A stretch of 62,223 bases of DNA from Alphaproteobacteria bacterium MarineAlpha9_Bin6 (GCA_002937585.1 PTKE01000004.1:1-62223); one strand, 5' to 3'; counted from the stretch's first letter, positions 37,198-48,089 are shown. The notes: generated from the letters alone by a model not told the origin. Made by a program: numbers and translations.

Positions 37198-39288
37198 CTA
37201 AAGATCGTTAAATGTTGCTCCTTGCTCTGCGAGGCGCTTGAGTAACGGCGCCGGCTCCCAAATTTCTCCATATTGCTTGTGATAGCCACAAACGGCTTTG
37301 TAAACCTTGCCTAAGCCCACCATATCAGCATAAAGCATTGGACCCGCGCGGTAACGAGGGAAACCATAGCCGTTCGCATAAATTACGTCGATATCACTTG
37401 CTCTGAGTGCCATACCTTCTTCCAAAATTTTAGCACCTTCGTTAACGAGCGCGTAGATGCAGCGCTCTATGATTTCCTGTTCATCAATCGGACGACGCTG
37501 AATTTGGCGTTCCTCACAATACCTGGTGATGAGTTGCTCGATCTCAGGGTCAGGAATAGGCACACGGCTTCCCGGCTCGTACTTGTACCAACCGGCATTT
37601 GTTTTTTGCCCAAAACGCCCCATTTCGCAAATTTGATCGTCAATGCCGGCGTCGTCTTTGATGGCAGCGTTTTCAGTGGCGCGCCGTTTGCGGATACGCC
37701 AACCTACATCAAGCCCTGCAAGATCACCCATTGCAAACGGGCCCATCGCAAGGCCAAAATCAAATACAGCCTTGTCTACATCTTGCGGCAATGCACCTTC
37801 TAGCACCATTTGGTATGCCTGTTTGCTGTAACGGGCTAGCATGCGGTTTCCAACGAAGCCGTCGCACACACCAACCAACACGGGAACTTTTTTGATTGTC
37901 TTGCCGAGCTGCATCACGGTAGCAATAACTTCTTTTTTGGTGTGTGCGCCGCGCACAACTTCCAAAAGCCGCATCACGTTGGCTGGGCTGAAAAAGTGGG
38001 TGCCGATGACCATTTCTGGGCGTTCAGTCACGGCGGCAATTTCATCTACATCGAGTGTCGAGGTGTTGGTGGCCAAAATTGCGTCGGGTTTCATAATATC
38101 GTCGAGTTTTCGAAATACCTCTTTCTTGATATCCATTTCCTCGAACACGGCTTCAACAACGATATCGGCATTCGCGATATCATCGTAGGACAAGGTCGGC
38201 GTGATCAACGACATGCGTTTGTCCATTTTATCTTGGGAAAGCCGGCCCTTCTTGACAGTATTCGCGTAATTTGCGCGAATAATTTCAAGGCCACGGTCGA
38301 GTGCCTCCTGGCTCATTTCCAGGATTGTGACTGGGATGCCTACATTGACAAAGTTCATCGTGATTCCGCCACCCATTGTGCCGGCTCCGAGTACTGCGGC
38401 ACTAGCAATGTTTTGGGTTGGCGTGTCCCGCGGCACGTCAGGTATTTTCGTGCACGTGCGTTCGCCAAAGAAGAGGTTCATTAAACCCTTTGACTGATCC
38501 GATTCCAGGCACTCTCGGAATAGTTTGCGTTCGAGTTCCACGCCGTCCTCGAATGGCAATTCAACCGCCGCTTTGGCAGCCTCAATAATTTTATATGGGG
38601 CTAAATGGCCGCGAGCACGTTTGGCAATCGATTTTTCAAAATTCTCGTAAAATCCATCGGTTGGTACACTCGCCGTTTCGTCACGAATTTTTCGGAGCGG
38701 GTGTCCTTCCGCAACGATCCTTTCGGCGAACGCGATCGCTCCATCAAGAAGATCACCGTCCACGATCTCGTCGATTATGCCGAGTGCTAGAGCGGTTTTG
38801 GCTGGCACGAACTCTCCACTGACCATTAACGGCAACGCTTTTTCGACACCGCAAATTCGTGGTAGACGCTGAGTGCCGTGGCCTCCAGGTATAATGCCGA
38901 TTAGCACTTCCGGAAATCCGTAAACAGCCTCCCCTGTGCCACACCGATAATGGCACGCAAGTGCAGTTTCTAAGCCGCCACCGAGAGCGTTGCCATGAAT
39001 GGCCGCGACTATGGGTTTGGTAGAGTTTTCGAAACAGGTAATGACATCGTCCAAACTGGCACTGCCAGGCGGTGGTGGACTTAAAAATTCATTGATGTCT
39101 GCACCTGCGATAAAGCCTCGACCTGCGCCGCGAAGGACAACTGCGGTAATGCCCGAATCGGTTTCTCCGGCTTTAACTCCGTCCATAATCCCCTGGGGCA
39201 CGCCAACGGACAAGGCGTTGACCGGTGGATTATCGACCGTGATAACGCCGATTGGACCGCGTTTCTCAAAGTTTACCAAGTTCGCCAT
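37198..39288 (-). CDS. Bifunctional enoyl-CoA hydratase / 3-hydroxyacyl-CoA dehydrogenase (FadB/FadJ-type)
   Basis: The track start is 39312. ATG 39288 follows GGGAGG and gives MANLVNFEKRG. The N-terminal part is a crotonase fold (FIAGADINEF, GGGLETALACH). The central part has the Rossmann motif VLGAGTMGGGI of HACD. Confidence 0.9.
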   Translation of the reverse strand: MANLVNFEKRGPIGVITVDNPPVNALSVGVPQGIMDGVKAGETDSGITAVVLRGAGRGFIAGADINEFLSPPPPGSASLDDVITCFENSTKPIVAAIHGNALGGGLETALACHYRCGTGEAVYGFPEVLIGIIPGGHGTQRLPRICGVEKALPLMVSGEFVPAKTALALGIIDEIVDGDLLDGAIAFAERIVAEGHPLRKIRDETASVPTDGFYENFEKSIAKRARGHLAPYKIIEAAKAAVELPFEDGVELERKLFRECLESDQSKGLMNLFFGERTCTKIPDVPRDTPTQNIASAAVLGAGTMGGGITMNFVNVGIPVTILEMSQEALDRGLEIIRANYANTVKKGRLSQDKMDKRMSLITPTLSYDDIANADIVVEAVFEEMDIKKEVFRKLDDIMKPDAILATNTSTLDVDEIAAVTERPEMVIGTHFFSPANVMRLLEVVRGAHTKKEVIATVMQLGKTIKKVPVLVGVCDGFVGNRMLARYSKQAYQMVLEGALPQDVDKAVFDFGLAMGPFAMGDLAGLDVGWRIRKRRATENAAIKDDAGIDDQICEMGRFGQKTNAGWYKYEPGSRVPIPDPEIEQLITRYCEERQIQRRPIDEQEIIERCIYALVNEGAKILEEGMALRASDIDVIYANGYGFPRYRAGPMLYADMVGLGKVYKAVCGYHKQYGEIWEPAPLLKRLAEQGATFNDL

Positions 39289-39414
39289 AGTGCCTCCCGC
39301 AGCCTGGTACATATCACTTGTTTAGAGTGGCAATTCACTAAGCATATGTCTGCCACCCACGCAACCGCCAGTGTGGAGATTGCTTTCTAAAAGTCTGGCT
39401 GGGTCCTTATTCTG

Positions 39415-40293
39415 TTAATCGTAGAGTCGAATAAACTGACTCACATCTCTGTCCCCAAGACCGCGGGCTATTGCAAGCCGCACCACTTCGGTTGCGGTGC
39501 CGCACATTGGCAATGGGGTACCAGTTTCCCGTCCGGCGGCGCGTATCAAATCGAGGTCTTTTTGGGCGATGGTCAGTCGGCCCGTCAGTTCCGGGTCTCT
39601 TCGTGCCATGCGCTGACCAAATAATTGCAACACTTGTGAGTTCGCGAAGCCTTCGGCCAGGATTTCCGGTATTTGGGTCGAATCAACACCGCTATTCTCC
39701 GCTAACTTCAGCATTTCTGCCATGGTTACAAAAGTGGTCATGACCATCACTTGATTGCATAGTTTTGTAGTCTGTCCAGCACCATTGGCACCTATGTGAA
39801 GCAATTTACCGGCCAAGTGGGAGATAGCTGGCCGTACTGCTTCGATGTCCGAAGATTCTCCCCCCGCGAACACCGTAAGGTTACCCTTTATAGCCCCTGG
39901 TACACCGCCGGTGACGGGCGCATCTATGAAACGAATGTCGTGGTGGTCTCGGAGCCGGGCGGCAAATTCAATGGCAGCCTTGGGACTAATGGTCGAATGG
40001 TCGACTACGATCTTCCCCGATCCGCCATTCGTGATTCCGTGACGCCCGAACAGGACGTCTTCGACGGCTTCGGTATCGGTCAAGCAAAGGAAAATTATGT
40101 CGCTCGCTTTCGCAACCTCTGCAGGACTTTCAGCGAGAATTGCGCCTGCCTCGATTGCTGTTGCTGTTTTTTTTCGCGTGCGGTTCCACACCGTGAGTGG
40201 ATATCCCGCTGCGCATAACTTAAGACTCATAGGTTCACCCATCAGGCCCAGTCCAATAAAACCGGTCGCAGTTCGTTTGTCGGACATAATCAA
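39415..40293 (-). CDS. 3-hydroxyisobutyrate dehydrogenase family NAD(P)-dependent oxidoreductase
   Basis: The ORF is 292 aa with GFIGLGLMGEPM and the 6PGDH-like C-terminal domain (GAGQTTKLCNQ). Confidence 0.8.
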   Translation of the reverse strand: MIMSDKRTATGFIGLGLMGEPMSLKLCAAGYPLTVWNRTRKKTATAIEAGAILAESPAEVAKASDIIFLCLTDTEAVEDVLFGRHGITNGGSGKIVVDHSTISPKAAIEFAARLRDHHDIRFIDAPVTGGVPGAIKGNLTVFAGGESSDIEAVRPAISHLAGKLLHIGANGAGQTTKLCNQVMVMTTFVTMAEMLKLAENSGVDSTQIPEILAEGFANSQVLQLFGQRMARRDPELTGRLTIAQKDLDLIRAAGRETGTPLPMCGTATEVVRLAIARGLGDRDVSQFIRLYD

Positions 40294-40345
40294 CTCTTTG
40301 AAGTAGGTGGAAGTTTATTTGAAGATTAGTGCGAGTCAGGATTCA

Positions 40346-42031
40346 TTAGCCCGTCTTGCCACCTAGGGTTTTGCTCCAGCTGTCTCGAAGGCCAATTGTT
40401 CGGTTTAAAACTAATCGCTCCGGAGTCGAGTCAGTGTCGGAGCAGAAATAGCCCATCCGCTCGAATTGAACTGTTTGGCCTTTGCTCAGGTTGACAAGGC
40501 AGGGTTCCAACTTGCAGTTGTTGAGGACCTCAAGCGATGTGGGATTGATGTCCTGTATCAAATTGCCGTCAACCCCTGGTTCCGACACTGCGAATAGATA
40601 TTCGTAGAGACGCACTTCAGCATCTACCGCATGTGACGCGGAGACCCAATGCAGCGTTCCTTTTACTTTTCGACCATCCGGCGTCTTGCCGCCCCTTGTT
40701 GCCGGATCATACGTGCAGCGGAGTTCAGTAACCTCTCCGTTGACGTCTTTGATCACGTTGGTGCAGGTAATGAGATAGCCGTAGCGCAGGCGCACCTCAC
40801 GGTCTGGTGCGAGACGGAAGAATTTTTTTGGCGGCGCTTCCATGAAGTCATCTTGTTCAATATAGAGTTCACGAGAAAACGGAATAGTGCGTGTCCCTGA
40901 GCTTTCATTTCCGGGGTTGTTTGCTGCCTCAAGTTCCTCCACTTGGCTATCAGGATAATTTTCGATTATGACTTTAAGAGGACGCAAAACCGCCATGCGA
41001 CGATCTGCATTCTGATTTAAAATGTCGCGGACACAATGTTCCAGCATTGCGACATCTACCACCGCATCACGTTTTGCAACTCCAATTCGACTGGCAAAAT
41101 CGCGGATTGCCTCTGGCGGGAAACCGCGACGCCGAAGTCCGGCAAGGGTCGGCATGCGGGGGTCATCCCACCCTGAGACACGATTTTCTCGGACCAGTTG
41201 TGTCAGGATACGTTTTGACAGAACCGTGTACGAGAGATTGAGACGTGCAAATTCGTGTTGATGGGGGCGTGATGGTACGGGGAGATTTTCGATAAACCAG
41301 TCATACAGTGGGCGATGATCCTCGAATTCTAGGGTGCAGATAGAGTGTGAGATATGTTCGATTGCGTCTGACTGGCCGTGTGCGAAGTCATAAGTCGGAT
41401 AGATGCACCACTTGCTTGCGGTGCGCGGGTGTTTGGTGTGAATAATCCTATAAATGATTGGGTCGCGGAGATTAATATTGCCCGAGGCCATATCAATCTT
41501 GGCACGAAGAACACATCTTCCTTCGGGGAAATCTCCCGATCGCATACGGGCGAACAAATGAAGATTCTCTTCAATAGGTCTATCACGGTAGGGGCTATTA
41601 CGACCTGGATCGGTCAGGGTGCCACGATAGTCTCGAATTTCATCAGCTGTTAAATCATCGACATAAGCGTTCCCGGTTTGGATCAAATGGACAGCCCAGT
41701 CGTAGAGCTGTTCAAAATAATCTGAAGCGTAATAGAGGTGTTTCCCCCAGTCTAATCCCAGCCAGCGAATATCTGTTTTGATTGCATCTATATATTCTTG
41801 TTCCTCGCGGGTTGGGTTCGTGTCGTCGAAACGCAAATGACACCGCCCGCCGAAGTCCTGTGCAATACCAAAGTTGAGGCAGATGGATTTTGCATGGCCA
41901 ATGTGCAGGTAGCCGTTTGGCTCGGGTGGAAAGCGTGTGGCAATTTCTTTGCAGTGACCACTGCTCAGATCATCAGCCACTATATCCCGAATAAAGTTAC
42001 GGTTTTCGGTATCCGAGGATTGCTCGCTCAC
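40346..42031 (-). CDS. glnS: Glutamine--tRNA ligase
   Basis: The ORF is 561 aa. [11 protein letters not shown]...[41 protein letters not shown] is near-identical in pattern to E. coli GlnRS (HIGH motif). VLSKR is the KMSKS-equivalent. Confidence 0.97.
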   Translation of the reverse strand: MSEQSSDTENRNFIRDIVADDLSSGHCKEIATRFPPEPNGYLHIGHAKSICLNFGIAQDFGGRCHLRFDDTNPTREEQEYIDAIKTDIRWLGLDWGKHLYYASDYFEQLYDWAVHLIQTGNAYVDDLTADEIRDYRGTLTDPGRNSPYRDRPIEENLHLFARMRSGDFPEGRCVLRAKIDMASGNINLRDPIIYRIIHTKHPRTASKWCIYPTYDFAHGQSDAIEHISHSICTLEFEDHRPLYDWFIENLPVPSRPHQHEFARLNLSYTVLSKRILTQLVRENRVSGWDDPRMPTLAGLRRRGFPPEAIRDFASRIGVAKRDAVVDVAMLEHCVRDILNQNADRRMAVLRPLKVIIENYPDSQVEELEAANNPGNESSGTRTIPFSRELYIEQDDFMEAPPKKFFRLAPDREVRLRYGYLITCTNVIKDVNGEVTELRCTYDPATRGGKTPDGRKVKGTLHWVSASHAVDAEVRLYEYLFAVSEPGVDGNLIQDINPTSLEVLNNCKLEPCLVNLSKGQTVQFERMGYFCSDTDSTPERLVLNRTIGLRDSWSKTLGGKTG

Positions 42032-42164
42032 GATTCTTTCCCAGCTGGTCTGAGGGGCACCCTACGCGCTCTAGTATTTAAAAAAAAGCACCCGGAGAGT
42101 TTCTCGTTGATCCCATATTAAGGTTCTTGAATTCACATACTTCCAAGTCGCAAGTCGCGCCCTT

Positions 42165-43445
42165 ATGTACGGTCATGCTATTGTGGTTACTAGTTTGAGA
42201 TCTGAATGTCGGTATGTCGGAGATAAGGCATTGATTAGTCGACGTAGGTTTATAGAACTAGGTGTGGTTGCCGGCGTGGGCCTCAAAGCTGTTGCGGCAA
42301 CCGCGAAGGTTAAGGGAAGTGAGTTGTCGGGGGAAGTACCCACTATTCGCTCCTATGTGGAGCTAGGCGGAACGGGATTAAAAATTTCGGATATATCCTT
42401 TGGCTCGAGTCAGTCCTCAGATCCTGACTTGGTTCGTCACGCACTTGATCGTGGAATCACTTACTTTGATACGGCGGAGAGCTACCGGTTTGGCACCTCA
42501 GAGGTCGCAATAGGAGACGGCTTGAGAGGTGTTAGAGACCGAGTGATTCTGGCCTCTAAAACCAAGGCCGCCGCGAATGCTAATCGAGTGGAGATCATGA
42601 GGGCACTCGAAGGCAGCCTTGGACGACTTAAAACAGATTATCTTGATGTCTACTTTAATCATGCCGTCAATGACGTTGCCAGAATACAAAATGAAGAGTG
42701 GTGGGAATTTATTCAACTTGCAAAGCAACAAGGCAAGATTCGGTATTGTGGCATGTCCGGACACGGAAGCCAGCTAGTCCGTTGTTTGGATTATGCGTTA
42801 GAACATGACTTAGTCGACGTGATCCTGGTTGCGTACAATTTTGGTCAGGATCCAGATTTCCTCAACCGGCTGAAACAAAGCTTACATTTTTCCAATCTAC
42901 AGCCAGATCTTCCGCGCATGCTTTTCAAAGCCAAGCAGAAGAACGTCGGTGTTATCGCAATGAAAACTCTGATGGGTGCCCGTCGCAATGACATTCGCCT
43001 CTATGAGCGCGACGGCAACACTTTTGCGCAAGCTGCGTTTCGCTGGGTATTGTCAAACCCTTACGTTGACGGTCTGGTAGTGTCGATGACTAGTAAGAAG
43101 GACATTGACGAATATGTAGGTGGTTCCAGTGCATCCAAATTGGCTGACTACGAAATTCGTCTACTTGATCGTTACATGGCGTTAAACGGATCCCGATATT
43201 GCCGACACGGGTGCGATCTATGCGCCGATGCATGCCCTAAGGGCGTAGAAATAGCCGAAGTGTTGCGGACTCGCATGTACGACGTGGATTACGGGAACCC
43301 GGATTTGGCCCAAACCGATTATGTTGCACTTGGATCAGGGGCGAGTGCGTGCGTTACTTGTGCAGATCAGCCGTGTCAAAATTCATGCCCGGTCGGAATT
43401 CCAATTTCGACATGGACCCGTGACGCTGCCCTTCGTTTTAGCTGA
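42165..43445 (+). CDS. Aldo/keto reductase fused to a C-terminal 2x[4Fe-4S] ferredoxin-like domain, with a twin-arginine signal
   Basis: The ORF is 426 aa with the Tat motif SRRRFIELGVVAGVGLKAVAATA. The AKR core has FDTAESY and GMSGHG. The C-terminal clusters are CRHGCDLCADACP and CVTCADQPCQNSCP. The true start may be TTG 42231, which lies 7 nt after GGAGA and gives MISRRRF. Confidence 0.75.
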   Translation: MYGHAIVVTSLRSECRYVGDKALISRRRFIELGVVAGVGLKAVAATAKVKGSELSGEVPTIRSYVELGGTGLKISDISFGSSQSSDPDLVRHALDRGITYFDTAESYRFGTSEVAIGDGLRGVRDRVILASKTKAAANANRVEIMRALEGSLGRLKTDYLDVYFNHAVNDVARIQNEEWWEFIQLAKQQGKIRYCGMSGHGSQLVRCLDYALEHDLVDVILVAYNFGQDPDFLNRLKQSLHFSNLQPDLPRMLFKAKQKNVGVIAMKTLMGARRNDIRLYERDGNTFAQAAFRWVLSNPYVDGLVVSMTSKKDIDEYVGGSSASKLADYEIRLLDRYMALNGSRYCRHGCDLCADACPKGVEIAEVLRTRMYDVDYGNPDLAQTDYVALGSGASACVTCADQPCQNSCPVGIPISTWTRDAALRFS

Positions 43446-43483
43446 TTGTTGGCGGTTTTTCTAAGTTCCTTTCAGGCTAGGCG

Positions 43484-43867
43484 GTGCACGTGATTAGGTT
43501 TTTCGCGCATTTTTTGTTCGTGCTAGCGGCGTGGACTTTAGTCATTAAGTTTGCATTTCCGTTTGCTTTTTCGTGGTATGAGGGGACACCACTAGACACT
43601 TACATTATGTGGGATTTTTGGTGGGTGATTCACTTATGGCTGGGCTGGGCGCTGCTCTCCTGGCAACGCTACACATACGCGTTAGCGGTATCTGTATCAG
43701 TAGTTGAAATAACTATTATATCAGTCAAACTTAAAGTGTTCCTCGGTGATCCGAGTTGGACCATTTGGACCGCTAATTGGTTTACAAACAAGTTATTTGT
43801 TATTACATGCTTTGTTTTGATGCTCGGGTATTTTGTCGCTAAACATCGTAAATTGCGCGCCTATTAA
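43484..43867 (+). CDS. Small integral membrane protein, unknown function
   Basis: The ORF is 127 aa with a GTG start and 4 hydrophobic Trp-rich segments. I recognise no family. Its stop overlaps the convergent gene's stop. Confidence 0.55.
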   Translation: MHVIRFFAHFLFVLAAWTLVIKFAFPFAFSWYEGTPLDTYIMWDFWWVIHLWLGWALLSWQRYTYALAVSVSVVEITIISVKLKVFLGDPSWTIWTANWFTNKLFVITCFVLMLGYFVAKHRKLRAY

Positions 43868-44622
43868 TTGTCCCATACCTGATCCGGAAGTGGTAGTCCG
43901 GCCAGGTCGTCGGTAAGTAGCGGGCCATCTGGTTTGATGTCGAGTTTGTTGAGGACCATCATCAATTGGCGTGTGTGCTGAGCGCTGTGCCAGGTGGTTC
44001 TTTCCAGCACTACATGCAGAGTTTGCTTGCCAAAATACGTCGCGATTGATTCTCCTTCTTTGTCATCTGGTGTATTCTTCCACCAGGACTCAACTGCCCC
44101 CAGCACCCCTTGCCCGTATTCCGCGATATCTGCTCCGGTTTGGAGGTCCTCACCAGGTGGTGAGTTCAGGTCTTCATCAGTCAAGGTGGCGCCGGCTTCG
44201 GCCTCCAGAAAACACTCTGCAATCCGGAATATATGGTACCCGAGTTCTCGATAACTGCGCGTTCGGCCCGGCAAAGCATGGTTAAGGTGAGAAACAGGGA
44301 TTTGTCGTATATAACGTTGTGCAGCCGCTAACACCATGTGTAACTTGATGACTAGTTCGTCGACCGGAAGCGGCTGAGCGTCATCGTCTTCAAGGCCTAG
44401 AAAATTGGCGATTTCCGTAAGCACCTGAGCCAATATGAATCGGTCGCCTTGTGTTATTACTGGAACGTTCTTGATCCCGCGTGCAGCTAGCCTCTGAAAA
44501 CCAGTGGGATCGTCAACCACATTAATTGATTCAAAATCGACGCCGTGCGAGTGCAAGAATTCCTTCGCCCGCAAGCAGCTCGTGCACCCTGGCTGCCAAT
44601 ACAGGATGATAGGTTCCGACAT
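43864..44622 (-). CDS. Glutaredoxin-like domain fused to a DinB-family helical bundle
   Basis: The track ORF extends to 44679. ATG 44622 lies 1 nt after the upstream TAG, with AAAGGAAC upstream. The N-terminus ILYWQPGCTSCLRAKEFL...VPVI has a CxxC thioredoxin fold. The C-terminal ~160 aa carry spaced histidines (LHMVL, GYHIF, WHSAQHTRQL), as in DinB/MDMPI_N-type domains. Confidence 0.65.
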   Translation of the reverse strand: MSEPIILYWQPGCTSCLRAKEFLHSHGVDFESINVVDDPTGFQRLAARGIKNVPVITQGDRFILAQVLTEIANFLGLEDDDAQPLPVDELVIKLHMVLAAAQRYIRQIPVSHLNHALPGRTRSYRELGYHIFRIAECFLEAEAGATLTDEDLNSPPGEDLQTGADIAEYGQGVLGAVESWWKNTPDDKEGESIATYFGKQTLHVVLERTTWHSAQHTRQLMMVLNKLDIKPDGPLLTDDLAGLPLPDQVWDN

Positions 44623-44623
44623 C

Positions 44624-45499
44624 CTAGTTCCTTTTCGATTGTTCCTTTGTGAAGGGATAAATTTTTGTGAAGTCGGCACCTGGCATCACGGACATCATCT
44701 TCTTAAGAAGATGTCCAACCGTTTGAGCAATGACGTCCTGGTTTGTGCCTTTGGCTACTTCTTCCAAATATAGATTTACGTCTTTGGTTAAGAGATCAAT
44801 AGTAAAACCTGCATCGAACTGTTTGGTCAGAATGCGTCGCGGGAATTTGTCACTGGTGGCGGTGTTTTGGCCGCTAGACGCATTGAATACGTCAATCATG
44901 ATCCGCGGATCGAGTCCAAGTGATTCACCAAATGCGACTGCCTCACTGGTTGCTGCCATGGCTGTAGCTGACAGGAAATTATTGAGGAGTTTCATTGCCT
45001 GTCCTTGGCCGGGCTCAGGTCCAATATAAAATCGATTTTTTGCCAATGCTGCTAAGACTGGGTCCAGTCGATCGAATAACGCTTGATCTCCAGATGCCAT
45101 CAGCGACAGTGTTCCTTGGCGTGCTCCAAGGGTGCCCCCGCTGACCGGCGCATCGAGATAAGCGATGCCGGCAGTTGCTAAAAGGCCATGAACGGCTCGT
45201 GCGGCCTCGACACCAATGGTTGAGTGATCAACCATTACGCGCGCCGTGCGCTGGGGCGTAGATATAATTTGTCTTGCTACCTCAGTTACCGCATTTCCGT
45301 CAGGCAAGGAGAGCAGCAAAGTTTCACAAGCCGTTGCTATACCCTCTACGCCGTTGGCGACGCGGGTTCCTTTCGGTGCGCGAGCTTCCGTGCCCGCAGA
45401 GTCAAACGCTACCACAGTGTGTCCTGCAGCCACGACGTTGGTGGCCATCGGTACCCCCATATTGCCTAGGCCAATAAACCCGATCGTAACTTTATCCAT
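44624..45499 (-). CDS. 3-hydroxyisobutyrate dehydrogenase family NAD(P)-dependent oxidoreductase (second copy)
   Basis: The ORF is 291 aa with IGFIGLGNMGVPM and GQGQAMKLLNN. Confidence 0.8.
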   Translation of the reverse strand: MDKVTIGFIGLGNMGVPMATNVVAAGHTVVAFDSAGTEARAPKGTRVANGVEGIATACETLLLSLPDGNAVTEVARQIISTPQRTARVMVDHSTIGVEAARAVHGLLATAGIAYLDAPVSGGTLGARQGTLSLMASGDQALFDRLDPVLAALAKNRFYIGPEPGQGQAMKLLNNFLSATAMAATSEAVAFGESLGLDPRIMIDVFNASSGQNTATSDKFPRRILTKQFDAGFTIDLLTKDVNLYLEEVAKGTNQDVIAQTVGHLLKKMMSVMPGADFTKIYPFTKEQSKRN

Positions 45500-45610
45500 G
45501 CTATCATCCTATAACGGTTGTTTGGCGCTGTTCCAAAATGCTTTTTTATGCCGGTACTAAGATCGGTAGTCTGACTTATTATCATTAGAAACTCGATTCT
45601 GAGGACGCCT

Positions 45611-46786
45611 ATGATTTCCAACCATTTGCCGCAACTGAGCTTCGACCTTGGAGAAAGCACTGAAATGCTGCGCGATATGGTGGCAAGCTTTGCCGCCGAT
45701 GAAATTTCGCCTCGTGCCGCCGAAATAGACCTCAGTAACAATTTTCCTTCCGATCTATGGCGGAAATTCGGAGACCTTGGCTTGCTCGGGATAACGGTTG
45801 AAGAGGAATACGGTGGGGCTGGCATGGGTTATTTAGATCACGTAGTGGCGGTGGAGGAAATCAGCCGCGGTTCTGCGGCTGTTGGTCTTTCCTACGGCGC
45901 ACACTCTAATCTCTGTGTAAACCAAATTCGTCGTAATGCTACCGACGAACAGAAGCGACGCTATTTACCCAAACTTATATCAGGAGAACATGTAGGCGCA
46001 TTGGCGATGAGCGAATCGGAGGCAGGGTCTGACGTTGTCTCAATGCGTCTTCGTGCCGAGAAACGCGGCGAACGCTACGTTCTTAATGGTTCAAAAATGT
46101 GGATCACCAATGGTCCGGATGCCGACGTTTTGGTGGTGTACGCAAAGACCGATGTCGAAGCTGGCTCGCGCGGCATATCTGCTTTTCTAATTGAACGTGG
46201 TTTCAAGGGTTTTAAATCTGCACAGAAACTCGACAAACTGGGTATGCGTGGTTCTAACACCGGCGAGTTAGTCTTTGAGGATTGCGAGGTTCCAGCAGAG
46301 AACCTGCTAGGAATTGAGAATGAAGGCGGTAAGGTTTTGATGAGTGGACTCGATTATGAGCGCGCAGTCCTTTCTGGTGGTCCCATCGGTCTCATGCAAT
46401 CATGTCTTGACGTGGTCTTTCCGTATGTCCACGTGCGGACGCAATTCGGCCAGCCGATCGGAACGTTTCAGCTCATGCAAGGGAAACTTGCTGACATGTA
46501 TACGACCCTAAGTGCCTGCCGAGCTTATGTATATGCAGTTGCCAAAGCCCTCGATCGTGGTGAGGCGACTCGCAAGGATGCTGCTGGCGTGATTCTTTTT
46601 GCGGCCGAAAAGGCTACGTGGATGGCCCTTGAAGCAATTCAGTGCTTAGGTGGGAATGGCTATATCAATGAATATCCCACTGGACGCTTATTGAGAGATG
46701 CAAAGCTTTATGAAATCGGCGCTGGCACTCAGGAAATACGTCGCTGGCTAATAGGGCGTGAGCTTTTTGAAGAGACGGGGCAATAG
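45611..46786 (+). CDS. liuA: Isovaleryl-CoA dehydrogenase
   Basis: The ORF is 391 aa. [96 protein letters not shown] closely tracks Pseudomonas LiuA/IVD as I recall it. GAGGA lies upstream. Confidence 0.9.
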   Translation: MISNHLPQLSFDLGESTEMLRDMVASFAADEISPRAAEIDLSNNFPSDLWRKFGDLGLLGITVEEEYGGAGMGYLDHVVAVEEISRGSAAVGLSYGAHSNLCVNQIRRNATDEQKRRYLPKLISGEHVGALAMSESEAGSDVVSMRLRAEKRGERYVLNGSKMWITNGPDADVLVVYAKTDVEAGSRGISAFLIERGFKGFKSAQKLDKLGMRGSNTGELVFEDCEVPAENLLGIENEGGKVLMSGLDYERAVLSGGPIGLMQSCLDVVFPYVHVRTQFGQPIGTFQLMQGKLADMYTTLSACRAYVYAVAKALDRGEATRKDAAGVILFAAEKATWMALEAIQCLGGNGYINEYPTGRLLRDAKLYEIGAGTQEIRRWLIGRELFEETGQ

Positions 46787-46940
46787 AACAGTGCTCTCTG
46801 GGCGCGGCTACCACCTCATTCTAATCAAGTTAAAATTGCGGTGTGGTGCCCCACATTATGAGGCACTCACGTAGTTGCTTCTGGTTATACTGTATCCATA
46901 GCGTCCGATTTTAGTAGCATTTGGCGGATTGGAGAGGTTC

Positions 46941-48050
46941 GTGAAAATCGTAGATGTCACGCTTACAATATTCGCTTGGGAGGATATTCCGAAGACTAGT
47001 TATAACCAGCTTACTGGCGTCTTTGGTGGTGCTAGTCAGCTCGGCCTACTCACAATTATGACAGACGAGGGTATTGACGGGCACTCTTTCCTGGGAAGCG
47101 CCATGTCTAGTGTAGAGTTCGATGGTTCAAGCCTGATCCGCCATCTCAAGCCATTGTTGTTAGGGGAAGACGCGTTAAGTCGTGAACGGATTTACCAACG
47201 GATTTGCCAGAGAAGTCGGTACACTACGTGGCGAGCAATTGGTGCAGTTGATATTGCCCTCTGGGATATTGCTGGAAAAGCGGCTGACCTTCCGATCCAT
47301 AAATTACTGGGCAGCTACCGGGATAAAGTGCCGGCCTATGCATCATCAGCAGTGCTTAGCTCGGTTGGGGCCTACGCTGACGAAGCGGTCCAATTCCGTG
47401 ACTCGGGCTGGTCTGCGTACAAAATTCACCCGCCAACACGGTGGCGGGAGGATATAGAAGTTTGCCAAGCAGTACGACGTGCAGTTGGCGATGAATATCT
47501 AGTGATGCTCGATTCTACATGGAGTTATCGTTATGAAGAAGCACTCCGGGTTGGGCGTGCGGTCGAAGGTTTGAATTTTTATTGGTACGAGGATCCCTTA
47601 GCAGACGACGACATATACAATTATGTGAAGCTCAAGCAAAAGCTTGATATTCCAATCATGGCAACTGAATATTCCCCTGGCGCATTTCACTCCTATGCAC
47701 CCTGGATCATTGCTCAGGCAACCGATTTTTTGCGAGGGGATGTTGCAGTAAAGGGTGGGATCACGGCTCTAATAAAAACAGCGCATTTGGCGGAAGGGTT
47801 TCGGATGAACTACGAGGTTCATCACGGAGGAAATTCCCTGAACAACGTTGCAAATCTTCACGCGATTCTTGCTATACAGAATTGTGAATTTTTTGAGGTA
47901 TTGCTGCCGGAAGGAGCGCAAAAATATGGTTTGGCGGAGGACATAGAGGTCGACGAGAATGGGTATGTTCATGCGCCGACAACGGCGGGTCTTGGCGCCA
48001 ACATCGATTTTGAATTGATTGAAAGGAACAAGCTTACGGTGCTTCGTTAG
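46941..48050 (+). CDS. Enolase-superfamily enzyme (mandelate racemase/muconate-lactonizing family), substrate unknown
   Basis: The track start is TTG 46929. GTG 46941 follows GGAGAGG. The TIM-barrel metal ligand blocks are VMLDSTW, YWYEDP and IMATEY, and AYKIHPP and EVHHGG are candidate acid/base residues. Confidence 0.75.
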   Translation: MKIVDVTLTIFAWEDIPKTSYNQLTGVFGGASQLGLLTIMTDEGIDGHSFLGSAMSSVEFDGSSLIRHLKPLLLGEDALSRERIYQRICQRSRYTTWRAIGAVDIALWDIAGKAADLPIHKLLGSYRDKVPAYASSAVLSSVGAYADEAVQFRDSGWSAYKIHPPTRWREDIEVCQAVRRAVGDEYLVMLDSTWSYRYEEALRVGRAVEGLNFYWYEDPLADDDIYNYVKLKQKLDIPIMATEYSPGAFHSYAPWIIAQATDFLRGDVAVKGGITALIKTAHLAEGFRMNYEVHHGGNSLNNVANLHAILAIQNCEFFEVLLPEGAQKYGLAEDIEVDENGYVHAPTTAGLGANIDFELIERNKLTVLR

Positions 48051-48089
48051 AGACATCTGTAAAGCATCGAACGGATCGGGTACTATAAA

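Noticed and set aside
42032-42164. Tandem CAAGTCG-CAAGTCG direct repeat and an A8 run in the glnS/AKR divergent region
   Set aside because: The repeat is only two 7-nt units with no partner elsewhere in the window, so it is likely coincidental.
45466-45825. 119-aa minus-strand ORF spanning the divergent promoter between the dehydrogenase gene and liuA
   Set aside because: It overlaps the well-supported liuA N-terminus in antisense and reads through an intergenic region, so it is most likely spurious.
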